Assembly: GCA_009927485.1 (NCBI GenBank)
Contig: RFMW01000154.1
Location: forward strand, 1-45,580
Length of the DNA stretch: 45,580 bases
Direction: 5' to 3'
Source: Sphingobacteriia bacterium
Lineage (GTDB): Bacteria > Bacteroidota > Bacteroidia > UBA7662
In this document: in pieces, positions 28,656 to 37,728 of the stretch
Position numbering within the stretch: the stretch's first letter is position 1
Layout of the letters: every line of letters begins with the position of its first letter
Made by a program: the position numbers and the translations under genes
The notes under the pieces: model-generated
What the model was told of the DNA's origin: nothing
Database searches by the model: none
What the model saw: only the letters and a program-made list of their open reading frames with translations

Positions 28656-29360
28656 TTATTGGCCAAACCAACGAACCATCGCAAAACCGAAGAGCATACC
28701 CCCCAGGTGAGCAAAATGGGCCACATTATCGGTAGGATTGGCCTGCCATACTGCCAACAATTCAAAGCCCACGTACAACATCGCCAGATATTTGGCTTTG
28801 ACCGGAACAAAGAAGAAAAGATAGAGGTAATTGTTGGGAAACATGGTGGCAAAGGCGATCCATATGCCGGCAACTGCACCGCTTGCGCCAATGATATTGG
28901 GCCCGCTCAACAAATCTTCTTTGCGACTTTCCAAACCCAACAAGGTCTCTGCATTGGCCATTTTTATTTGATCCTCAATCCATAACAATTCAGGTCGTAT
29001 ATCCATCAGGAAAACGACCAAGTAATGGAGAAAAGCAGCGCCGACCCCTGCCACCAAATAAAAAGTCAGAAAGCGGGAGGAGCCCCACACATTCTCAAGA
29101 ATGCTCCCGAACATCCAAAAGGAGAACATATTAAACAGCAAATGCTCAAAATTCCCGTGCATAAACAAGTGGGTCAAGGGCTGCCAGAAGGAGTACGCTT
29201 TGGAACCGGGTAAGTGCATGCCCAAAACCTCAATCAAGTCCAACCCAAGGCTAGTCTGTAACACATAAGTTCCCAGAAAACAGAGGCCGTTGATGATGAC
29301 CATGTTTTTGACGACCGGCGGAAGGAATTCAAACCTTCCCGGGCTAATTGGATTGCTCAT
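28656..29360 (-). CDS. Rhomboid family intramembrane serine protease
   Basis: THLFMHG.F.HLLFNM, GASGA and AHFAHLGG. Confidence 0.94.
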   Translation of the reverse strand: MSNPISPGRFEFLPPVVKNMVIINGLCFLGTYVLQTSLGLDLIEVLGMHLPGSKAYSFWQPLTHLFMHGNFEHLLFNMFSFWMFGSILENVWGSSRFLTFYLVAGVGAAFLHYLVVFLMDIRPELLWIEDQIKMANAETLLGLESRKEDLLSGPNIIGASGAVAGIWIAFATMFPNNYLYLFFFVPVKAKYLAMLYVGFELLAVWQANPTDNVAHFAHLGGMLFGFAMVRWFGQ

Positions 29361-29375
29361 CGGAATTCAGGGGGG

Positions 29376-31205
29376 TTAGGGATTCAAATTAGGGCCAAAG
29401 AAAGATTGAGGATGGACAAGCTTCCAAACGGAACGACCATCAGGCCCAAGCAATGGCAATGCTTCCCGGATTCTCTGGCGCAGAACCAGGCTAATCTGTT
29501 TGGGGATACTTTCATCGAACAATGCGGGAATCGATGCGGTACCGCGGCGTCGCGCCAAATATCCCAAGATCTCGGACCTTTCGGGTGCATGACCTTGGGA
29601 AAGGCTGGAGGATAGATAATCCAACAAATCGGATACCTCTGCCCATGAACTCCCCGTAGGGATACCAATCACCTGCGCTTCGCTTTGCGGCAACATCGCT
29701 TCCAATTCGACTCCCAACGACAAGGCACAGGATCGCAGCTCTTGCAAATCCGTGTCCTGCGGTAGGGTCCATTCTTGGGTCTGCAATTTCAAACCGGTCG
29801 ATGTGGGCCTAAAGATCCCATCCAGGTCCTTTAAGAGCCTCTCCGTTTTCAAAATTCCGTGCAATGCCGGAATATTCACGATGTAGAGATGACGATCGGA
29901 CATGAACACCGCCCAATGTCCCCCAAGGATGCGGCCATCATCTTCCCAAGTTTGGTCATCGGTCAAGAACTTGTCACTTGCCTGCCAAGCATCGGAATCC
30001 GCAGATGCCCTCCAAACGGTTTGAGCATTCCAATAGGTCGCCGGGTCTGCGCTGGCTCTGGGCCTGCCTGATTCGGCCTCAAATGGATTGTAGCGCGGAT
30101 TCCACTGAACCTGTGGAGGTTGAATTTGGGAAGGCGCACCGGGGGCTATACCCCATGCGTCCGGTAAAGGCTCCTTCTCAAAATCGAGGGAAGGCATCAA
30201 TTGAAATTGACCCAATGAACGCCGAACTGCGGCTTTGAGGATCGCGTAAATTCCTTTGTCCTCTTCAAATTTGACTTCAATTTTGGAAGGATGAACGTTC
30301 ACGTCCATTTTGGAGGAATCAACTTCCAAATTCAGAATATAAGCTGGATAATGCTGTGGAGGCAATATACCCTCCATGGCAGAACTCAGGGCATGTTGCA
30401 AGTAGGAATCCCTGAAATACCTTCCGTTCACAAAGAGGTATTGGGCATACCTCGTTTTGCGGCATGCGGATGGTTTGGCAACAAATCCTTGGATTCCAAC
30501 AAGTTGCGTCTGCTCTTCGACAGGAACTAGGGCATCGGCAAAGGCTCTTCCCAACAACTGATGAATGCGCTGCTTCAGGTTGGCAGGTTTGAGAACATGC
30601 AAGACCTTGTCCTGATGTTGTAACTCAAGATGAAGTTCCGGCTTGGCCAAGGCCAATCGAATAAACTCATCTTCCAGATTGCGAAATTCGGTTTCGTCTT
30701 TTTTGAGAAAATTACGGCGAGCAGGAACGTTGTAAAACAAGGAACGCACCGAAATCCGTGTGCCGACGGTATGGGCAATTTCTCTTTGTTCACGGACTAG
30801 GCCGCCATCGCACAAAAGAACAAAGCCGTGCGCCTCCTCGATATGACGGCTGGCCAACTCCATTTGGGAGACCGCCGCGATCGAGGCCAGGGCTTCCCCT
30901 CGAAATCCGTAGGTAATCAATCGGCTCAGATCTTCCCAATCCGTGATTTTGGAAGTGGCATGCCGCAAGAGCGCCTTGGTGGCCTGCGCGGCACGAATGC
31001 CTTTCCCGTTGTCCATGACCTCAATCAGGGTACGGCCTGCGTCTCGAATGGAGACTTTGATGCTGCTAGCCCCCGCATCCACGGAGTTTTCAAGCAACTC
31101 CTTGAGCACCGAAGAGGGTCGCTGTACCACCTCCCCTGCGGCGATTTGGTTGATTACCCGATCAGGCAACAGGTGAATTTCGCTCAATAGCTCAGTTTCC
31201 GACAT
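29376..31205 (-). CDS. mutL: DNA mismatch repair protein MutL (divergent C-terminal domain)
   Basis: NQIAAGEVVQRP, KELLENSVDAG, RHATSK, GFRGEALASI and DVNVHPSK.EV. Confidence 0.96.
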   Translation of the reverse strand: MSETELLSEIHLLPDRVINQIAAGEVVQRPSSVLKELLENSVDAGASSIKVSIRDAGRTLIEVMDNGKGIRAAQATKALLRHATSKITDWEDLSRLITYGFRGEALASIAAVSQMELASRHIEEAHGFVLLCDGGLVREQREIAHTVGTRISVRSLFYNVPARRNFLKKDETEFRNLEDEFIRLALAKPELHLELQHQDKVLHVLKPANLKQRIHQLLGRAFADALVPVEEQTQLVGIQGFVAKPSACRKTRYAQYLFVNGRYFRDSYLQHALSSAMEGILPPQHYPAYILNLEVDSSKMDVNVHPSKIEVKFEEDKGIYAILKAAVRRSLGQFQLMPSLDFEKEPLPDAWGIAPGAPSQIQPPQVQWNPRYNPFEAESGRPRASADPATYWNAQTVWRASADSDAWQASDKFLTDDQTWEDDGRILGGHWAVFMSDRHLYIVNIPALHGILKTERLLKDLDGIFRPTSTGLKLQTQEWTLPQDTDLQELRSCALSLGVELEAMLPQSEAQVIGIPTGSSWAEVSDLLDYLSSSLSQGHAPERSEILGYLARRRGTASIPALFDESIPKQISLVLRQRIREALPLLGPDGRSVWKLVHPQSFFGPNLNP

Positions 31206-31560
31206 GACTGCCCGGGTTTGAATCGTGGGGTTTATGGACCTCCTTGCTGGGTCGAAACAAGCGCCATCCTACCCATCCGGCAAACAAAATCAAGGCATAG
31301 GAAATTTGACGCCATTCAGCATCCCCGACCATCACACCGCTCAGTCCTAGAATTGCCGCAAAAAGACCCACAAAGCGCAAGCCCCCCAGATGACGAGCTG
31401 ACCCTGCTTGAACCATGGTATTTCGTTTAAACCGTATCCTTTTGGTTTCCAAAGGACCTGTATCGCCCACTATAGCCGCAGATTTGCGTTCTTCTTTGGC
31501 GTACAAAGGCTTGTAGGAGAATTTTTTGTGCCCGGGTGTTTTGAAAAAGGAAACCAACAT
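31192..31560 (-). CDS. Small membrane protein (hypothetical) upstream of mutL
   Basis: MLVSFFKTPGHKKFSYKPLY N-terminus and two C-terminal TM helices. Its 3' end overlaps the mutL start and a -7 box lies upstream. Confidence 0.65.
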   Translation of the reverse strand: MLVSFFKTPGHKKFSYKPLYAKEERKSAAIVGDTGPLETKRIRFKRNTMVQAGSARHLGGLRFVGLFAAILGLSGVMVGDAEWRQISYALILFAGWVGWRLFRPSKEVHKPHDSNPGSHVGN

Positions 31561-31566
31561 GCTCCC

Positions 31567-31600
31567 CAAAGTTACGGCTTGTGCACGGATTGTAATTTTG
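31567..31600. promoter_or_regulatory. Back-to-back divergent -7 boxes (mutL operon and TlpA gene)
   Basis: CAAAGTTA at 31567-31574 (TAACTTTG on minus) and TAATTTTG at 31593-31600 on plus. Confidence 0.6.
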
Positions 31601-31662
31601 AACTAAATTAGCGTTCTAATAAAACAAAATTTTCCAAAAGAATTTAATCCTAAACCTTCCCT

Positions 31663-32214
31663 ATGAGCCTTTCCTTGCCTTATCACCGCCCCTTTTTCCC
31701 AACCGTACTCTCTTTGCTTTGTGGAGTAGCATTCTTTTGGCTTCCCCAAATCGTCAATGCCCAACCCGGCGGCCTCAAAGTTGGCGAAAAAGCCCCCGAA
31801 ATTGTTCAAGCCGGGGTGGATGGCAAAGATCTTAAGCTCAGCGACCTCAAAGGCAAAATGGTTCTCATTGACTTCTGGGCTTCTTGGTGCCGCCCATGCC
31901 GTTACGAAAACCCCAATGTCGTCAAGGCCTACGAAGCCTTCAAAGATTCCAAATTCAAATCCGGCAAAGGTTTTACCGTGTTCTCCGTATCCCTCGATCA
32001 ACAAAAAGACCGCTGGCTACAGGCCATCACCGAGGATAAACTGGTTTGGAAAGAGCATGTTTCTGACCTCAAAGGTTGGGGCAATGCCGCCGGCCAAATG
32101 TACGGGGTCACCGGCATCCCCATGAGTTACCTTATTGATGGAAATGGCGTAATCATCGCCAAAAACCTAAGGGGACCAGCCCTGGAGGAGACCCTCAAAT
32201 CCCATTTGAAATAA
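31663..32214 (+). CDS. TlpA/ResA-like thiol-disulfide oxidoreductase
   Basis: Signal peptide; DFWASWCRPCR and GIP.SYLID motifs. Confidence 0.93.
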   Translation: MSLSLPYHRPFFPTVLSLLCGVAFFWLPQIVNAQPGGLKVGEKAPEIVQAGVDGKDLKLSDLKGKMVLIDFWASWCRPCRYENPNVVKAYEAFKDSKFKSGKGFTVFSVSLDQQKDRWLQAITEDKLVWKEHVSDLKGWGNAAGQMYGVTGIPMSYLIDGNGVIIAKNLRGPALEETLKSHLK

Positions 32215-32252
32215 TTAAAATACAGGCAAGGGCTCCAAGCCTGAACCCTACT

Positions 32253-32304
32253 GGCTTTACTGCGGCCCTTACCCTTCGGGCTTTACTGCGGCCTTTACCC
32301 TGGA
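32253..32304. repeat. 26-bp direct repeat x2 between convergent genes
   Basis: ggctttactgcggcccttacccttcg / ggctttactgcggcctttaccctgga. Confidence 0.75.
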
Positions 32305-32314
32305 TGCTCTTTGG

Positions 32315-35203
32315 TCAGGGAGTCCTGCGGTATTGAACATGCCCCGCTGACGATCCAAAGCGAGACGTGGAATTGGAAGGCTGATAAGAACCGTTCACAT
32401 CCCCCGCACACAAGACCACCCAGTCCAATTGGATGGACCCAAGTCCGTTCCAGGTAAATTGGGCGGGTTCGATTACCCAGTCTGCAACCGCAAAGGTGCT
32501 GATGAGCCCGGTCAAACGCCTGCTGATCAAGAGGGCATCCGTACCGTTGGTAACAAAATTGTTGTTGACATCCCCGGACCTGATGCGCAATGGAGTCCAG
32601 GTAATTCCGCCCCCGAAATAGCGGGCCACCTGCAAGGCGTCCGATGCATTGACCCCGCCCCAAGGACTGAGGGGGCTGACTTCAAGCACAAAATCCCCAC
32701 CGCCACCCTGCGGAACAGCAAATTGATAATTTCCCATCGAGTCCGTGGTATCCACTGCCACCACCTGAGCGGTCCCTAACCTTCGCAGCCTGCAAATGGC
32801 TCCTTGCAAATACAAAGGCGGGTTGCGGTCGTATGAAACACGACCCGAGAGCGTAGGGCCTTGTCCGCATGGACGAATAATCAGCCCTTGATTTCCCTGA
32901 GCCTGCAAGGACTGCATAGGTGGCAAAGGAATTCCGGTACTCTGCACCCAATGAGCCCCCGCTGCCGTATCCAATCGCAGGCTCCCCAAAGTTCCCATCG
33001 TTGTCAAGGACAAGCCCAACAATGACGATGCGTTGGTAGCGCGTGGCGAACCGGACCAGGAAATGGTCCAAGCCCCCGTATTCACGCTCCATTGCAGCGG
33101 ACCCCAAAAGGAATCCACCCATCCCCCAACAGGAGGTCCAAATGAACCTAAATCCCCCACCAACCTAATTTGCCAAGCGATCACAGCCGTTCGGGGATTG
33201 GACTGAAGGCGCAAAGACGCGTTGCCCCCTTGGCAAGCTGAATCCCCCACCAATGTAACACAAGCCGAACTTAGACTAACTTGCTGAATCAGAAGACTAT
33301 CGCATCCGCCCACATTCCTGAGGGTATCCACGAAGGTCCCCGATGAAGTAAAAATCCTACCCCTGGGACCAACCACCGCAACACAGCCCTGCAATGCAAA
33401 GGTGGAATCCGTGGCCCTGCACCCTGTAAGATTGTTGTTACGGGTAACCGTGGAGCTGCCTTTGAGGAGAATCTGATCCGGGTCTAGGCTGAAGGTGGAG
33501 ATCGTCCCTGCGACGGTGTACGCTTGGACCGAGGTTCCGGGTTGCAACCAAAGGGTTTGGGCAGGAATACCGGTATTAGAAAACGTAAGCCGTATCGGGA
33601 TCTTGTTCCTGAAGGTGGGGGTCACCGATGGGGTCGTTACCGCTTGATTCACCTGAACCCACAAATTGTTCCCGGATTGATTCCAGCTGAGGCTGTAGGT
33701 AGGATGACCCTGCCCGTAAACCCAATCTTGAAAAAAGGGTTGCAAATTGACCCCACTTCCCGCCTCCAGGTATTGCCTGAATTCATCCGTCGTGGCAACC
33801 GCATGCTGTCTTCCCAACAAATACTGCCTCGCGGCCCTGAAGAATACAGTATCCCCTAATTCATGCCGTAACATATGCAAAACACAGGCCCCCTTTTTGT
33901 AGGTCAAAGCGGAATTGAAGATACGATTTTCGTCGGCCCCTGCAGGAACATAAACCGAGGCATTGGTTACCGATCGAGCCGAGGATTGGGCCGAAGTCAT
34001 CCAGGAATTGGCGGAACTTTGACCCAAAGCCGCCTGACGGTACAGGTATTCGCCGTACGATGCCCAACCCTCATTCAGCCATATATCGCTCCAAGTCGCG
34101 CAGGTGACCAAATCGCCAAACCACTGGTGAGCAAGCTCATGAGAGACCAAATCGGTGCTGAAGCTGCCCATGGTGCTCATGGTCTGATGTTCCATTCCTC
34201 CCCCCAGTGGAGCCATCATGTGGCCGTATTTCTCGACACGAAAGGGATAGGCTATCCATTGCCTGGAGAAGCGCTCCAGCATGTCGGGGGTTTGATTCAA
34301 ATTGGTCAACCAGAAATTAAGGCAGCTCTGTCCGGAACTGTTGTTGGCATTGTACACCCAATGTTGAATGAACACGGAATCTCCCGGGACTGGCCTGGCA
34401 TAATTCAAATACTCCGTGTAAGGAGCCACCGCAAAGGCGATTAAATAAAATGCCTGCGGATAACGGGTTCTCCATTCGAAACGGCTACGGTTGTTCGGTA
34501 AAGCCTGGGTGGAAAACAACAATCCGTTGGAAGCAACTTTGTTGGGATTGGCACAGGAACCCACAAAATCCACCGAATCAATTTTGTCCCAAAGGTCTTG
34601 TTTGCAAGGAAACCAATCCGGTGCGCCAAAGGGTTCTGACAAGGTCCATGTCGCCCGAACCCCCCAGGTCGATGAGGCCGCCGAGGTCACCCCCGCAAAG
34701 AAACCGGTTCCAGATGGGGTTCCCCCGTAGAATACCCTGCACTCGAGGTTGGAGCCTGTAGGCAAAGTCTGGTTCAAAGGAAATTTAACCACCTCTCCCG
34801 CTCGAATCAGCTGAGAGCCCAGGTATCGCTGCCCGTTGAAAACCACCGAATCAATGGTCAAAAACGAGCGCAATTCAAACCAAAAAGTGTCCATGGCTCC
34901 CTGCAAGACAATCGCTCTGAACAGAACATTGCCACTCAGTGCCGTAGAGGCCGTGGTGACATTCAAATCAAAGCGGTAATAATGAATATCGTAGGCGTCT
35001 GCCCCCCGATTAAGCGCCGCAACTCGTCCCAAACCACTTTCGTTCCATAGTCTGCTTCTTTGCATGGCCCCTAGCTTGGCCTCTGCACAGCCATGATGTT
35101 CTGTGGGCTGCGCCCAGGTTGCTGAGCCTCCAAGCAGGATGCCAAGCCCCAAAAATGCCTTTAGGACCGTACGAATTACGCTTTGCTTTTGAATTTCATT
35201 CAT
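32315..35203 (-). CDS. Secreted M1 family aminopeptidase with C-terminal cohesin-like, Cna/CarboxypepD-like and dockerin-like modules
   Basis: Signal peptide from ATG 35203; GGMEHQT, HELAHQWFGD...WLNEG and YKKGA..LHMLR; tail GVNASDALQV...GDVNNN..NGTDALLI...GDVNGSY. Confidence 0.9.
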   Translation of the reverse strand: MNEIQKQSVIRTVLKAFLGLGILLGGSATWAQPTEHHGCAEAKLGAMQRSRLWNESGLGRVAALNRGADAYDIHYYRFDLNVTTASTALSGNVLFRAIVLQGAMDTFWFELRSFLTIDSVVFNGQRYLGSQLIRAGEVVKFPLNQTLPTGSNLECRVFYGGTPSGTGFFAGVTSAASSTWGVRATWTLSEPFGAPDWFPCKQDLWDKIDSVDFVGSCANPNKVASNGLLFSTQALPNNRSRFEWRTRYPQAFYLIAFAVAPYTEYLNYARPVPGDSVFIQHWVYNANNSSGQSCLNFWLTNLNQTPDMLERFSRQWIAYPFRVEKYGHMMAPLGGGMEHQTMSTMGSFSTDLVSHELAHQWFGDLVTCATWSDIWLNEGWASYGEYLYRQAALGQSSANSWMTSAQSSARSVTNASVYVPAGADENRIFNSALTYKKGACVLHMLRHELGDTVFFRAARQYLLGRQHAVATTDEFRQYLEAGSGVNLQPFFQDWVYGQGHPTYSLSWNQSGNNLWVQVNQAVTTPSVTPTFRNKIPIRLTFSNTGIPAQTLWLQPGTSVQAYTVAGTISTFSLDPDQILLKGSSTVTRNNNLTGCRATDSTFALQGCVAVVGPRGRIFTSSGTFVDTLRNVGGCDSLLIQQVSLSSACVTLVGDSACQGGNASLRLQSNPRTAVIAWQIRLVGDLGSFGPPVGGWVDSFWGPLQWSVNTGAWTISWSGSPRATNASSLLGLSLTTMGTLGSLRLDTAAGAHWVQSTGIPLPPMQSLQAQGNQGLIIRPCGQGPTLSGRVSYDRNPPLYLQGAICRLRRLGTAQVVAVDTTDSMGNYQFAVPQGGGGDFVLEVSPLSPWGGVNASDALQVARYFGGGITWTPLRIRSGDVNNNFVTNGTDALLISRRLTGLISTFAVADWVIEPAQFTWNGLGSIQLDWVVLCAGDVNGSYQPSNSTSRFGSSAGHVQYRRTP

Positions 35204-35268
35204 ACCTAAAGAAACGCATTCCCCGCTTTGGAACGAAGGCAAGAAAATTAAAAAGCCCTTAAGGCCTG

Positions 35269-37455
35269 TTATTTTAGGAATAACAACTCCCTGTACTTGG
35301 GGAGGGGCCACAATTCGTTATCCACCAGAATTTCCAAACGATCGGCATGATCCCGAATACTTTCCAAATACGGCTTCACCTGTTCGCAATAGACTTGGGC
35401 CCTGGTTCGGGTGGATTCGATTTCGTTAGCCTTTTTGCGGGCCAAGCGCATCTTTTCGGTTTGCTCCACCATAGCAGCGATATGCTGTCCAATCGTTTCG
35501 GCCAATACTTTGAGAGAGGCAGTGCTTTTGGCGGTTATCCCCAATTCCTTCTGCAAACGGAGGTTTTCCAAACAGCGCTGTTGATAGGTCATCGCCGCAG
35601 GCACGATTTGGGTAAGGCTTAGCTCGCCCACTACCCGGGATTCGATTTGGAGCTTTTTGATGTAATTCTCCAGCATAATTTCATGCCTGGCTTCGATTTC
35701 GCGTTCCGTGTACACCCCCATTTTCTCGAACAACTGAACCGTGGATTTGGAAACCATGGCGTCCAAGGCCTCCGGGGTGGTTCGATAATTGGAAAGACCT
35801 CGTTTGGCCGCTTCTTTCTGCCATTCTTCTCCGTAACCATTCCCTTCAAAGCGTATCTTCTTGGAGGCCTTGATGTATTTCTGCAAAACTTTAAGAAGAG
35901 CGCCTTCACGGCTTTCACCATCGCCGATGGCTTTGTCCACCTCGGTTTTGAATGCGGTAAGGCTTTGGGCCATGGCGGCATTCAGAACGGTCATGGCCGC
36001 GGCACAATTGGAGGCAGAGCCTACCGCCCTCAATTCGAATTTGTTACCGGTGAAGGCAAAGGGAGAGGTGCGGTTGCGATCGGTGTTATCCAACAGGATT
36101 TCGGGAATCGCTTTGATTTGGTGCATCAGGGAGCGGACCTCCACCTGGTCTTTGTCCAATTTGCCTTTTTCGATTTCATCCAAAACCCTGGACAATTGAT
36201 CCCCCAAGAAGGCCGACATGATGGCGGGAGGGGCTTCGTTGGCACCCAGCCTATGATCGTTGCCCGCACTGGCAATAGAGGCCCGGATCAAATCGGCATG
36301 ATCATGAAAAGCCTTGATGGCATTCACAAAAAAGGTGAGGAACATCAAATTACTCTTGGGGGTTTTGCCGGGTGATAACAAATTCTTCCCGGTATTGGTG
36401 CCCAAGGACCAATTGTTGTGTTTGCCCGATCCGTTGACCCCCGCAAACGGCTTCTCGTGCAATAACACGGTAAGGCCATGGCGCTTGGATAATTTCTCCA
36501 TCAAATCCATGAGGAGCTGATTGTGGTCCACCGCCAAATTGATTTCCTCAAATAGAGGAGCGCATTCGAACTGTCCCGGCGCTACTTCGTTATGCCTTGT
36601 CTTGAGGGGAATCCCCAAGCGGTAGGCCTCGTTCTCCAAATCCACCATGAAGGTGTGCACCCGTTCCGGAATAGTTCCAAAGTAATGATCTTCAAGCTGT
36701 TGACCACGCGCTGCCCCATGGCCGAACAAGGTGCGGCCCGACAAGACCAAATCAGGCCTGGCATCGAAGAGTGCCGAATCTACCAAAAAGTATTCTTGCT
36801 CCACACCCAATGTTGGGAAAACCCGGGTAATGTTCTTGTCAAAATACTGGCATACGGCCACACCGGCTTTTTCGACGGCGGCAAGGGATTTGAGCAAGGG
36901 AGATTTATAATCCAGCGACTCCCCGGTATAGGAAACAAAAATGGTAGGGATGCACAAGGTTTTGCCTGCAGGACTTTCGAGCACAAAAGCGGGGGAGCTG
37001 GGATCCCATGCGGTATAACCGCGGGCCTCAAAGGTATTGCGGATACCCCCGCTGGGGAAAGAAGAGGCATCGGGTTCCTGCTGTACCAAAGCGCCGCCAC
37101 TGAAAGCCTCGATGGCCTCACCATCGTTGTTCAGCGAGAAGAAGGAATCGTGCTTCTCCGCGGTGGAACCGGTCAACGGCTGAAACCAGTGGGTGTAATG
37201 GGTGGCGCCTTTGGCCATGGCCCAATTCTTCATTCCGTTGGCAACTTGCCTGGCAATCTCTGAACTGATGCCATGACCTTGGTCGATGGCTTCGTTGAGG
37301 GCCTCGTAGATCTCCGGCGAAAGAAATTCGCGCATTGCTTTCTTGTTGAAGACGTTTTCGGCAAAGCGTTCGGAGCTCTTGAAGGGGACCGGCATGGCAA
37401 AGGGGGCCGCATATTGGCGGATGCTTTGCAGAGCTTGGTGGCGGAGATGGGCCAT
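35269..37455 (-). CDS. glnA: Glutamine synthetase type III
   Basis: 728 aa; HYTHWFQPLTG.TAEKHD, EPDASSFPSGG.R.TFEARGY, HEKPFAGVNGSGKHNNWS, DRNRTSPFAFTGNKFE and WPLPKYRELLF. Confidence 0.97.
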   Translation of the reverse strand: MAHLRHQALQSIRQYAAPFAMPVPFKSSERFAENVFNKKAMREFLSPEIYEALNEAIDQGHGISSEIARQVANGMKNWAMAKGATHYTHWFQPLTGSTAEKHDSFFSLNNDGEAIEAFSGGALVQQEPDASSFPSGGIRNTFEARGYTAWDPSSPAFVLESPAGKTLCIPTIFVSYTGESLDYKSPLLKSLAAVEKAGVAVCQYFDKNITRVFPTLGVEQEYFLVDSALFDARPDLVLSGRTLFGHGAARGQQLEDHYFGTIPERVHTFMVDLENEAYRLGIPLKTRHNEVAPGQFECAPLFEEINLAVDHNQLLMDLMEKLSKRHGLTVLLHEKPFAGVNGSGKHNNWSLGTNTGKNLLSPGKTPKSNLMFLTFFVNAIKAFHDHADLIRASIASAGNDHRLGANEAPPAIMSAFLGDQLSRVLDEIEKGKLDKDQVEVRSLMHQIKAIPEILLDNTDRNRTSPFAFTGNKFELRAVGSASNCAAAMTVLNAAMAQSLTAFKTEVDKAIGDGESREGALLKVLQKYIKASKKIRFEGNGYGEEWQKEAAKRGLSNYRTTPEALDAMVSKSTVQLFEKMGVYTEREIEARHEIMLENYIKKLQIESRVVGELSLTQIVPAAMTYQQRCLENLRLQKELGITAKSTASLKVLAETIGQHIAAMVEQTEKMRLARKKANEIESTRTRAQVYCEQVKPYLESIRDHADRLEILVDNELWPLPKYRELLFLK

Positions 37456-37483
37456 GGAATAAGAAGTTTAGAGGTTTCGAAGG

Positions 37484-37491
37484 CAAAATTA
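37484..37491 (-). promoter_or_regulatory. -7 promoter box for glnA
   Basis: TAATTTTG on the minus strand, 28 nt upstream of ATG 37455. Confidence 0.6.
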
Positions 37492-37505
37492 ATTCTTGAG
37501 GATTA

Positions 37506-37604
37506 TAAAATTCAGAAATTCATCTTTTTCTGAAAAATTTTTTATTAAAATTCAATTTTTTATGAATTTTAGATGCTTTTGAAATAAAAAAATATATTTT
37601 TTTT
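37506..37604. promoter_or_regulatory. AT-rich regulatory region with palindromes upstream of glnA
   Basis: TTCA-N8-TGAA at 37519-37534 and 37551-37566 (the latter within the perfect 9-bp inverted repeat taaaattca/tgaatttta), plus an A7-TATA-T7 palindrome at 37586-37603. Confidence 0.45.
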
Positions 37605-37728
37605 GTAAAATAATCCTTAAAAATCATAGAATGATCCAAAATATTATATTTTGAAATTAAAATATATTTCTAAATTACTTTGCCGGGTCTCTATCCCCTT
37701 CTGCCCCTTAAAACATGTATTTTTGGAT

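Noticed and set aside
26542-31205. mutL-rhomboid-rhomboid-EEP cluster as a novel system
   Set aside because: This is a widely conserved Bacteroidota synteny; the function is unclear but it is not specific to this window.
35204-35311. Overlap of the M1 peptidase ORF with the 3' end of glnA
   Set aside because: The signal peptide begins after ATG 35203, so the upstream extension is an ORF-calling artefact.
37495-37680. AT-rich stretch as a replication origin or mobile-element end
   Set aside because: No DnaA boxes (TTATCCACA-like), terminal inverted repeats or transposase are seen. It is better explained as a divergent promoter region.
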